Shown here: positions 1 to 8,214 of the stretch, in pieces
Numbering within the stretch: position 1 is the stretch's first letter
Layout: each line of letters opens with the position of its first letter
Assembly (NCBI GenBank): GCA_965247095.1
Contig: OZ251997.1
Location: 4,224,001 to 4,288,000, forward strand
Length of the DNA stretch: 64,000 bases
Reading direction: 5' to 3'
From: Candidatus Multivorans sp.
GTDB lineage: Bacteria; Acidobacteriota; Thermoanaerobaculia; Multivoradales; Multivoraceae
Program-made: the position numbers and the translations under genes
The notes under the pieces: generated by a model
Told to the model about the DNA's origin: nothing
The model's database searches: none
What the model saw: the letters and a program-made list of their open reading frames with translations, nothing else

Positions 1-407
1 ACGCCGAGGATGATCGCCACCGCGGTCAGGAACCGGGTGGTCTCGCTCTGGTAGCGGAGCGCCACGGTGTCCGGCAGCGACACGGTCTGGTACACCTCGG
101 AGAAGATGCGCAGCCGCTTTGCCACCAGGAAGAAGGTGAAGCAGGCCGCCACCGTGCCGCAGACGATCATCCACACCGAACTCATGCCCTGGCTGTAGAC
201 GAGACCGGGGCCGCCGACGAAGCCGAAACCGGAGAGCGTGCTCGAGAAGAGCGCGAACGCCGTGACGATGACGCCGAGTTCGCGGCCGGCCATGAAGAAG
301 TCCTGGGACGACTTCGTGCGCCGCATCGCCCAGATGCCGACGCCGATGCACAGCGCAAAGTAGATGACGAGGCAGGTCAGGATGACGGCGTTGCGGCTCT
401 CTTCCAT
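1..407 (-). CDS. Sodium:solute symporter (SSS/PutP family), 5' part; runs off the window start
   Basis: Manual translation from ATG at 407: MEESRNAVILTCLVIYFALCIGVGIWAMRRTKSSQDFFMAGRELG...FSSTLSGFGFVGGPGLVYSQG, with the SSS N-terminal DFFxAGR and SG..FVG.PG motifs. Start overlaps the upstream TGA. Confidence 0.9.
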   Translation of the reverse strand, partial: MEESRNAVILTCLVIYFALCIGVGIWAMRRTKSSQDFFMAGRELGVIVTAFALFSSTLSGFGFVGGPGLVYSQGMSSVWMIVCGTVAACFTFFLVAKRLRIFSEVYQTVSLPDTVALRYQSETTRFLTAVAIILG

Positions 408-1045
408 CAGTCGCCTCCCGCCCGTGCCGTGTCGCCGCCGCCGGCTTCAAGCTCCTTCCGGCCCTCTCTCTCCTTCAGGCTTTGCGCCGCGGCGAGTTCC
501 GCGACCTTGCGTTCGTCCTCTTCGGTGAAGAACCAGCGGTCGAAGATTCGCATGTAGACGACCATGAGGAACACCGGGAACGGCCACACCGCGTAGAACA
601 CCCACGCCGTGGGCCTGGGGAAGCCCAGGAACAGGGTGTGCGTGTCCTCGGTGGCGTAGCGCTGGTACGAGAACACGAGCGCGGTGAAGATCGCGGCCAG
701 GACCAGGGTGAAGACGATCAGCGGCCGCTTGGCCGGCCCCAGGGACGCGCCCTCGGGGCGGCGCCGCTCCATGCCCATCGCCAGGCAGCCGCCGAAGAAG
801 AGGACCTGGAAGATCACGAACACCCAGCCGATCCACAGCGTTCTCGCGTGGCGCTCGGCGCCTGCCCCACCCTGGCGCATCGTCGCGAAGCGGTCGTGCT
901 CGAAGCCGCGGCTCTTGATCACCCGCTCCGTGGTGCCGTCCTCCAGGACCACGTCTTCATACGGCGTCTGCGGCGTCAGGAACGCCGCGCCCACGGTGAG
1001 GCACATGCCGATCAGAGCGAAGAAGACGAACCAGTGCAGCTTCAT
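407..1045 (-). CDS. Hypothetical membrane protein coupled to the symporter
   Basis: 212 aa with about 4 hydrophobic segments; stop overlaps the symporter ATG (TGATG). Confidence 0.75.
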   Translation of the reverse strand: MKLHWFVFFALIGMCLTVGAAFLTPQTPYEDVVLEDGTTERVIKSRGFEHDRFATMRQGGAGAERHARTLWIGWVFVIFQVLFFGGCLAMGMERRRPEGASLGPAKRPLIVFTLVLAAIFTALVFSYQRYATEDTHTLFLGFPRPTAWVFYAVWPFPVFLMVVYMRIFDRWFFTEEDERKVAELAAAQSLKEREGRKELEAGGGDTARAGGD

Positions 1046-1133
1046 GGATTGAGTTCCGGGAGCGGGGAGAGCAGCGGCAGCCTACCGCAGCCGCCATGCG
1101 ATCGGGGGGAGCGCGTTGCTATGGTCCCCCGCC

Positions 1134-2999
1134 ATGGACGGTGAGTCGGGAGGAATCCAGAAACCGCTCGCCCGCCTGTTCGCGTACATGCGCCTGGCGC
1201 CCGGCGCCTACGTCCTGGGCGGGGTTCTCACCCTCCTGTACGTCGCCTTCTTCCAGCTCATTCCGCTGGCGATTCGGAGCATCGTCGCCGCGCTCGAAGG
1301 TCCCGATCCCAGAGAGCTGATCCAGCGTCCGTTGCTGTACCTCGTGCTGGCCGCGTTCGGCCTGGCCACAACAAGGCTGTTCTCGCGGATCGTGATGTTC
1401 AACATCGGCCGCGAGATCGAGTACCGCATCCGCAACGACTACTTCGCCCACCTGCAGAGCCTGCCGCAGTCGTTCTACCTGGCGCATCGCACCGGCGATC
1501 TGATGTCGCGGGCCGTGAACGACATCAACAGCATCCGCATGTTTCTGGGGATGGGGCTCCTGAACCTGCTGCAGACGCCGGTGCTGTTCCTGGGCGGCCT
1601 GGTGGTCATGTTGCGCGTGGACGCTGCGCTGACCCTCTGGGCCATGGCGCCTTTCCCGCTCTTCGTGCTTGTTACACGGCACTACAGCCGGTACATGTTC
1701 CAGGCCAACCTGGCCGGCCAGGAGCAGCTCGGCAAGGTCTCGACCGTGGTGCAGGAGAACGCCTCGGGCGCTCTGGTGGTCAAGGCCTACGACCTGCCGG
1801 ACCTGGAGCGCGACCGCTTCGACGACCAGAACCAGGAGCTGTTCCGGCGCATGATGAAGGTCGGCGTCATGCAGACGACGATGTTCGCGTCCGTGAGTCT
1901 GGTGCCGTCCATCTCGGCTGCCCTGGTGCTGTGGCTGGGGGGCCAGAGGGTGCAGGCGGGCCTGCTCGGCATCGAGGATCTGTGGCTGTTCTGGGGCTAC
2001 ATCTTGATGCTGACCTTCCCGACCATGATGCTGGGGTTCGTCGTTTCGATCACCCAGCGCGGGCTCGCGGGGCTCGAGCGGTTGGGGACGGTGCTGGACA
2101 TCGTGCCCTCGATCCGCGACCGGGAGGATGTCGCGGAGGTCTCGGAGGTGGCCGGCCGGGTCGAGTTCCGCGACCTGACCTTCACCTATCCGGGCAGCTA
2201 CCTGCCGGCGCTCAGGGGGATCGACCTCGTCGTCGAAGCCGGCAGCACGGTCGGCATCGTGGGGCCGGTGGGGTCGGGCAAGACGACCCTGGTCAGCCTG
2301 GTGCCGCGGCTGCTGGAGGTCGACGATGGCGCGATCCTGATCGACGGCGTCGACCTCAACCGGATGCCGGTCCAGGTGCTGCGTTCGAGCATTGCCATGG
2401 TGCCGCAGGACAGCTTCCTGTTCTCCATCTCGGTGGCCGAGAACATCCGCTTCGGCGTTCCCGATGTCGATCTCGATGAGGTGCACCGGGCCGCGGCGCG
2501 GGCCCAGGTCGAGCGGGAGATCGAAGAGTTCGAGGACGGCTTCGAGACCGTCGTCGGCGAACGCGGCGTCACCCTCTCGGGCGGTCAGCGCCAGCGGGTC
2601 GCCCTGGCGCGGGCGATGATCCTGCGCCCCTCGATTCTCATCCTCGACGATTCGCTGTCGAGCGTCGACCACGGCACCGAGGAGGCGATCCTGGGCGACA
2701 TCGAGGGGAAGCGGCGCGGCCGCACCTGCTTCATCGTCGCGCACCGCATCTCGGCGGTGCGGAACGCCGATCAGATCGTCGTGCTCGAGAACGGCCGCAT
2801 CACGGAACGGGGGACGCACCGGGAACTGGTGGAGCTGGGCGGCTTCTACGCCCGCCTGCACCGTCGCCAGGAACTGCTGTCCGAGCTTGAACCCGGTTGG
2901 CGCGATCCCGCGCCAACCGCGAACCAGTCCGAGCGCCCGTCATCGGGCGCGCGGATGGCGCTCGGGGATGGCGGCGGCGTCGCTGGAGAGTCGAAGTGA
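1134..2999 (+). CDS. ABC exporter, fused TMD-NBD (heterodimer subunit 1)
   Basis: Membrane domain, Walker A GPVGSGKTT, signature LSGGQRQR, Walker B ILILDD (non-canonical D), H-loop IVAHR. Confidence 0.95.
   Translation: MDGESGGIQKPLARLFAYMRLAPGAYVLGGVLTLLYVAFFQLIPLAIRSIVAALEGPDPRELIQRPLLYLVLAAFGLATTRLFSRIVMFNIGREIEYRIRNDYFAHLQSLPQSFYLAHRTGDLMSRAVNDINSIRMFLGMGLLNLLQTPVLFLGGLVVMLRVDAALTLWAMAPFPLFVLVTRHYSRYMFQANLAGQEQLGKVSTVVQENASGALVVKAYDLPDLERDRFDDQNQELFRRMMKVGVMQTTMFASVSLVPSISAALVLWLGGQRVQAGLLGIEDLWLFWGYILMLTFPTMMLGFVVSITQRGLAGLERLGTVLDIVPSIRDREDVAEVSEVAGRVEFRDLTFTYPGSYLPALRGIDLVVEAGSTVGIVGPVGSGKTTLVSLVPRLLEVDDGAILIDGVDLNRMPVQVLRSSIAMVPQDSFLFSISVAENIRFGVPDVDLDEVHRAAARAQVEREIEEFEDGFETVVGERGVTLSGGQRQRVALARAMILRPSILILDDSLSSVDHGTEEAILGDIEGKRRGRTCFIVAHRISAVRNADQIVVLENGRITERGTHRELVELGGFYARLHRRQELLSELEPGWRDPAPTANQSERPSSGARMALGDGGGVAGESK
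2889..2966 (+). repeat. Double-hairpin element (family B), copy 1, in frame in the ABC subunit 1 C-terminus
   Basis: cggttggcgcg-atcc-cgcgccaaccg followed by ccagtccgagcgcccg-tcat-cgggcgcgcggatgg; homologous to copies at 4878 and 37727. Confidence 0.85.
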
Positions 3000-4855
3000 G
3001 CGAGGAACGCGGCGAAGCTACCGAGCCGGGTCGTGAGCGCGACCTGGGCAAGGTCTACGACAGGGCACTGCTCAAGCGGCTCTGGCCGTTCATGCGGCCC
3101 TACCGGGGCTGGATCGGCTTCAACTTCGCCCTGGTTCCGTTGCGTGCCGTCCTGGAGCTGATGCCGGCGCTAGTCGTGGGTGCGGCGCTCAACTACCTGA
3201 CCGAGGGTGTCGCGACGTCGGAGGTGGGGTGGATGGCGCCCTTCGTCGCGCCGCGGCTCGGCCTGCCGCCGCTGGCCTGGATGTTCATCCTGGTGCTCGG
3301 CATCTCGATGCTCACGCTGATCATGGAGTGGCTGCGCGCCTTCACCATGATCTCGCTCGGCCAGCGCACGATCCGCGACGTCCGGAGGACGCTGTTCGAT
3401 CACGTCCAGCGTCTGCCGATGCGCTTCTTCGACCGCTACCCGGTGGGCCGCCTGGTGACCCGGCTCACGAACGACCTGGAGAACCTGGCCGAGATGTTCT
3501 CGGCGGGCGTGATCGCGATGGTCGCGGACGTATTCGTGATGGTCGTGATCCTCTCCATGCTGTTTTCGATGGATCCCCGCTTGGCATTGGCGGCCCTCGC
3601 CCTAGTGCCCTTCCTGGGGATTGCGGCGGCGATCTTCCGCTACAAGGTGCGCGAGGCCTTCCGGGAGGTCCGGGTCAAGATCGCGCGCCTCAACGCCCAC
3701 CTGCAGGAAACGATCACCGGCATGAAGGTGGTTCAGTTGTTCGCCCGCGAACGGCGGAACCAGCGGGACTTCGAGCGCGAGAACGCCTCCCATCGCGATT
3801 CGTGGCTGCGTTCGATCCGCTACGACGCGTTGCTGTTCTCCTCCGTCGACCTGGCGACCAACCTGACCCGGGCGTTGATCTTCTGGTACGGCGCCAAGCT
3901 GCTCGGCGCCGGTGAGATCACGCTCGGCACGATCTACGTCTTCTCCGACTACATGGGCCGCTTCTTCCGGCCGCTGATGGACCTGTCGGCGAAGTACTCG
4001 GTAATGCAGTCCTCGATGGCGAGCGCCGAACGCGTGTTCCAGCTCCTCGACGAGCCGCGGGAGCCGGCGGGCCGGATCGAGTCGGCGGTCGAGGCTGCTG
4101 CCGGCCCGCAGCCCGGCGGCTGCGAGGTCGAGTTCGACGGCGTGACCTTCTCGTACGGCGCGGAGACGGTCCTGCGCGATGTCTCCTTCCGCGTCGCCGC
4201 CGGCGAGCGGGTGGCGATTGTCGGCCATACGGGCTCCGGCAAAACGACGACTCTCAAGCTGCTGGCGCGCCTCTACGAGCTGCAGGAGGGTTCGATCAAG
4301 GTCGACGGCCGGGACATCCGGGAGATCCCCAAGCCCGAACTGCGCCGCCGGATGGCCTTCGTGCTCCAGGACGTCTTTCTGTTCGACGGCGATCTGCGCT
4401 ACAACGTCGTCCTCGGCCGGAACGTCGCCGACGACGTGGTCGAGGAAGCCGCACGCGCCACCCACGTCGACGCCCTGATCGAGCAGTTGCCGAACGGCTG
4501 GCAGCACAAGGTCAGCGAGCGCGGCGTCAACTTCTCGACCGGCCAGCGGCAGTTGCTCTCCTTCGCCCGCGCCCTGGCGCGCGAACCCCAGCTCCTGCTC
4601 CTCGACGAAGCGACCTCCAGCGTCGACACCGAGACCGAGGCCCTGATCCAGGACGCCCTGCATCACCTGATGGAGGGCAAGACCTCGATCGTCGTCGCCC
4701 ACCGCCTGTCGACGATCAAGGACGTCGACCGCATCTACGTCTTCCACCACGGCGCCATCTGCGAGCACGGCAGCCACGACGAACTCCTCGACCAGCGCGG
4801 CGTCTACTGGCGGCTGTACCAGTTGCAGTACGCCCAGCAGGAGACGGCCGCGTAG
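2996..4855 (+). CDS. ABC exporter, fused TMD-NBD (heterodimer subunit 2)
   Basis: GTG start overlaps the previous TGA; GHTGSGKTT, degenerate signature FSTGQRQ, LLLLDE. Typical asymmetric heterodimeric exporter pair. Confidence 0.95.
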   Translation: MSEERGEATEPGRERDLGKVYDRALLKRLWPFMRPYRGWIGFNFALVPLRAVLELMPALVVGAALNYLTEGVATSEVGWMAPFVAPRLGLPPLAWMFILVLGISMLTLIMEWLRAFTMISLGQRTIRDVRRTLFDHVQRLPMRFFDRYPVGRLVTRLTNDLENLAEMFSAGVIAMVADVFVMVVILSMLFSMDPRLALAALALVPFLGIAAAIFRYKVREAFREVRVKIARLNAHLQETITGMKVVQLFARERRNQRDFERENASHRDSWLRSIRYDALLFSSVDLATNLTRALIFWYGAKLLGAGEITLGTIYVFSDYMGRFFRPLMDLSAKYSVMQSSMASAERVFQLLDEPREPAGRIESAVEAAAGPQPGGCEVEFDGVTFSYGAETVLRDVSFRVAAGERVAIVGHTGSGKTTTLKLLARLYELQEGSIKVDGRDIREIPKPELRRRMAFVLQDVFLFDGDLRYNVVLGRNVADDVVEEAARATHVDALIEQLPNGWQHKVSERGVNFSTGQRQLLSFARALAREPQLLLLDEATSSVDTETEALIQDALHHLMEGKTSIVVAHRLSTIKDVDRIYVFHHGAICEHGSHDELLDQRGVYWRLYQLQYAQQETAA

Positions 4856-4872
4856 GAGGAGTGGCATCCGCC

Positions 4873-4972
4873 CCTGGGAACCCGGGTGGCGCGATCCGCG
4901 CCACCCGTGAACCACTCCGTGCGCCCGTCATCGGGCGCACGGATGGCACCCGGGCGTCTCGCCCGCATCAGG
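4873..4972 (+). repeat. Family B double-hairpin element (4878-4954) nested inside a family A REP
   Basis: cctgggaac[ccgggtggcgcgatccgcgccacccg...cgggcgcacggatggcac]ccgggcgtctcgcccgcatc. Confidence 0.85.
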
Positions 4973-5022
4973 CGCGATGCCGCGAAGCGGCGAGCCCGAG
5001 CCGCCGCGCAACCGCCGCCCCT

Positions 5023-5760
5023 CTACCGCGGCCGCGACTGATGCCGCGGCGCCTCTACCTCCGTCTGCAGCCCCCGGTCCCCCTGATCCTCCATCCACGC
5101 CCGCAACCGGCTGAGCATCCCCTCGATCCGCCCCCCATGCTCCGACACCTCCGCCAGGTTCGTCATCTCATACGGGTCAACCTCGAGGACGAAGTCGTTG
5201 ATCAGATCGGGTCCAAAGACGTCCTCGCCCCAGGTCTCCTTCCGGTCGTTCGTCACCAGCGTCGGCCCCCAGTAGCGCGAGCCGCGCCCCTCGCGGCGGA
5301 GCTGCCACAGCCGGTGCTCGTCGAACCCCGCCTGCTGCGGCGAGGTGCCCTCGTGGACCACGAACAGGTTGTTCGTCAACTGCCACTTCCCCGAGATCAC
5401 CGTCCGGTACCCCGCCTGCGCCAGCACGTGGGCGAACGTGACGTCGCCCGCTTCGAGGTAGCTGAACTCCCGGTAGTTTCGGAAGTTGTGCAGCCCCGTC
5501 ATCAGCTTGACCCGGGTCGGCGTACACAGCGGCTGAGAGTGCCCGTTCTCGAACCGCATGCCCTCCGCCGCGATCCGGTCGAGTTCCGGCGTTTGGTACG
5601 ACGACCCGCCGTAGACGCCGAGGGTCTCGACGCCAAGGTCGTCGGCGAGGATGACGATGATGTTGGGTTGGTCTTGTTGCAGGGCGAAGGCTGCGCCGGT
5701 CGTCGTGAGCAGGGCCAGGCCGACCAGCAGGACGATTGCGAGGCGGGTCTTGGCTTGCAT
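5023..5760 (-). pseudogene. Sulfatase with a large in-frame internal deletion
   Basis: Signal peptide, PNIIVILADDLG, CTPTR, GKWQL; jumps from GPDLINDFVL directly to the C-terminal DPYEMTNLA; only about 245 aa. Confidence 0.8.
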
Positions 5761-5889
5761 GGACGTCAAGTTAGCAGCCGACCGGCGCTGGTCCGACGAC
5801 GTGCGACCGGCATGGAACCGGAGGCGGCGGCATACGGTTGCGCCGGTTCTGCCGTGGTAGCGTCCGAGCCGTACTTCGGGGGCGAGGCG

Positions 5890-6159
5890 ATGACTGTACC
5901 AAGCAGAAAATCCTACGACCGAGAACAGGTTGTTCGCTTGGTGGAGCAGTTGCCGGACCAGGAGATTCCGGCCGCCGGCCGCTATCTGGAGCAACTGGTC
6001 GAACGTCTGGAACCGTTCTCCAAGCATCTGATGGAAGCGCCCGACGACGACGAGGCCCTGAGTGAGAAAGGCAAGCGTCTTCTGGACGAGGGATATGAGG
6101 ACCTCGACGCCGGGCGAACTCACACTCTGGAGGAGGTAAAGCAGGAGCTTGACCTCTGA
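5890..6159 (+). CDS. Putative type II antitoxin
   Basis: 89 aa ending GYEDLDAGRTHTLEEVKQELDL, a typical RelE/ParE-partner C-terminus; overlaps the toxin start. Confidence 0.75.
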   Translation: MTVPSRKSYDREQVVRLVEQLPDQEIPAAGRYLEQLVERLEPFSKHLMEAPDDDEALSEKGKRLLDEGYEDLDAGRTHTLEEVKQELDL

Positions 6160-6422
6160 GGGTCGCCGTTGCGTTTAGTGGCCGGGCGCTGCGAGACCTG
6201 AAACGCACCGACAAGTCGCCCCGGAGGCGGATCACGGAAGCAATTGAGCGCTGTGCCTCGACGCAGGCCGGGGAGGTCAAGCGCCTGAGGGGATCCAACA
6301 GGCCGACGTGGCGGCTGCGAGTCGGGGATTGGCGGGTCCTGTTCGCTCACAACCCCGGTGAGAATCTCATTGAGGTCGTACGGGTTGCTCACCGCAGTCA
6401 GGTGTATCGGTGCCGCTCGTGA
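6156..6422 (+). CDS. RelE/ParE family toxin (CTG start, not in the ORF track)
   Basis: Manual translation: (M)RVAVAFSGRALRDLKRTDKSPRRRITEAIERCASTQAGEVKRLRGSNRPTWRLRVGDWRVLFAHNPGENLIEVVRVAHRSQVYRCRS. Confidence 0.85.
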   Translation: MRVAVAFSGRALRDLKRTDKSPRRRITEAIERCASTQAGEVKRLRGSNRPTWRLRVGDWRVLFAHNPGENLIEVVRVAHRSQVYRCRS

Positions 6423-6613
6423 GGCCTGATCGCTCGGGAAGAGGGCGAACCTGTTCTCAGGGATGTCGGCTACAGCGCAAGCGTCTCGCTAGTCAAGGTG
6501 ATGCTCGAGAAAGTGCGTGTCGAGCTGCTCGGCGGTGTGGGTGACTAGCTGTGTCTGGTGTCTTCTGATTGATTTTCCGGTGTGGATTGACCGAGCTTAG
6601 GGGTTGCTTCGCT

Positions 6614-7189
6614 TCAGGTCGATGGCGTTGGCTGCAACACGTCGAGGAACTCGGCCAGGATGTCGACCGCACTCGAACCCCGGTCGTCTTCTGCGACCAG
6701 CTCGATGGGTGCGAACTCGGGGTTCAGCGGTTCCAGCGTGATCCGGACGTGGCGCCAGGGACCGTCTTCAGCGGATCGCTTCTCGCTCCGGTAGCGCTTC
6801 ACCGTGAACCGCTCGCCGGTCTCCGGGTCGACTGCGTCCCGTAGACGTGCCAGAACGATCCGCCCGTTGCGGCTGCCAGCAGCGGGGCGACGGAAGAGGC
6901 AGACTGAGCCCTCCGGGATCCGGGGTTCCATCGATCGCCCGACGACGGCGGCTGTGAACATGTCCGCGGTCAACCGACGCCCGGAATCGACCTCGATCCA
7001 GCGCGTCGAGGGGTCGGTCACTTCACCCAGAAGCCCGAGGGCTTCGCTGAAGCCGCCCGCCGCCACCTTGAGCAGGCGGCCCGCTTCACCGTCGTAGGGA
7101 GCTACGCCGGCGACGATGCCGCGCCGGTTGCGGACGTGCGCCAGCATGCCGACGCGGGGTACGTCGGTGCTTGTTTGTGTCTGCTGCAT
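6614..7189 (-). pseudogene. Chimeric ORF: short helicase-like N-terminus fused to an S24 peptidase-like C-terminal domain
   Basis: N-terminal VPRVGMLAHVRNRRGIVAGVAPYDGEAGRL, then LKVAAGGFS...VVGRSMEPRIPEGSVCLFR...FTVKRY...LEPLNPEF (S24 Ser/Lys motifs); no HTH. Confidence 0.6.
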
Positions 7190-7316
7190 TCCATCTCTTG
7201 CCGGCCCGATTCTCGGGTGCCGCCGAATGGCGGACACGTGTCCGATGGCGGGTTGTGTTCTTGAGTTCCGAGAGTGTATTCGTGCCGGGCCGATTTGGTC
7301 TCGATGCGGGGAGCCT

Positions 7317-7383
7317 GTGACGGTGGAGGGTAGTGAGACGGTGGGCACTCCGAGATTTCAGGGTGGTTGACTCCGAGATTCCC
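7317..7383 (+). repeat. Left direct-repeat block: gtgacggtggag plus two (g/c)actccgagatt(t/c)c units
   Basis: Units at 7346-7360 and 7369-7383. Confidence 0.8.
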
Positions 7384-7437
7384 CCTTTACTCCAGCGGTG
7401 CGTTGACGAGCAACGGTTGTCGGCATAGGCTTGGCAT

Positions 7438-7704
7438 ATGCCGAACGTTGACGGAAGAGCAGAGCCGGTACCGACACGAGTAGCTCGCCTGTTTCGCAAC
7501 GGCCGAAATCAGGCGATTCGGATCCCCCGCGAGTTCGAACTGGATGCCGACGAGGTGGTCATTTACCGAGAACACCGGCGCCTGATCATCGAACCGGTTG
7601 ACCGGAAACCGTCGCTTGCAGCGGTGCTCGCTCGACTCGAACCGCTCGAGGAGGACTTCCCCGAGATCGAGGATCCTCCGACCAGGCCGGAAGATCTCCT
7701 CTGA
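7438..7704 (+). CDS. vapB: VapB antitoxin (AbrB/MazE/SpoVT fold)
   Basis: ARLFRNGRNQAIRIPREFEL motif. Confidence 0.9.
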   Translation: MPNVDGRAEPVPTRVARLFRNGRNQAIRIPREFELDADEVVIYREHRRLIIEPVDRKPSLAAVLARLEPLEEDFPEIEDPPTRPEDLL

Positions 7705-7716
7705 CCCGGCGGGACC

Positions 7717-8115
7717 GTGCTGCGGTACCTACTGGACACCAACGCCGTGTCCCAACTCGTCCGGCAGCCCGACGGTGAGGTCGCTCGGCGAGTCGCCGCA
7801 CTCGAACCGGGGAGCTTCGCCATCAGCGTCGTAGTGGCGGCTGAGCTTCGGTACGGCGCCGAACGTCGTGGTTCGTCGCGCCTCACAAGGCAGTTGGAGG
7901 CCGTCTTCTCGGCCATCGACGTGCTGCCGCTCGAGGAGCCCGTAGACCGCCACTACGGCGCCATTCGTAGCGAACTGGAGCGAGTCGGCCAGCCGATCGG
8001 GTCCAACGACTTGTTGATCGCCGCACACGCGAAGGCGCTTGGCGTGACATTGGTGACGAACAACCTCGGCGAGTTTCGGCGCGTGTCCGGGCTTGTCGTC
8101 GAGGATTGGCAGTGA
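7717..8115 (+). CDS. vapC: VapC PIN-domain toxin
   Basis: YLLDTN, AELRYG, IGSNDLLIAAHA, LVTNNLGEFRRVSGL motifs. Confidence 0.95.
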   Translation: MLRYLLDTNAVSQLVRQPDGEVARRVAALEPGSFAISVVVAAELRYGAERRGSSRLTRQLEAVFSAIDVLPLEEPVDRHYGAIRSELERVGQPIGSNDLLIAAHAKALGVTLVTNNLGEFRRVSGLVVEDWQ

Positions 8116-8214
8116 CGGTGGAGTGGCGCGAGTACAGTGCCTTCCCACAGGACTCGACTCCGAGATTTCATGGTTTAGATTCCGAGATTTCCGGGATGAG
8201 ACTCCGAGATTTCA
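8112..8214 (+). repeat. Right direct-repeat block: gtgacggtggag plus three ga(c/t)tccgagatttc(a/c) units at 22-bp period
   Basis: Units at 8156-8170, 8178-8192 and 8200-8214. Confidence 0.85.

Noticed and set aside
8113-8150. tRNA or tmRNA 3' end suggested by ctccacc on the minus strand
   Set aside because: There is no cloverleaf or T-loop; at most it is a degenerate att-like word, too weak to call.
7346-8214. CRISPR array from the actccgagatttc repeats
   Set aside because: Units are 15 bp with 7-8 bp gaps, far too short, and no cas genes are present.
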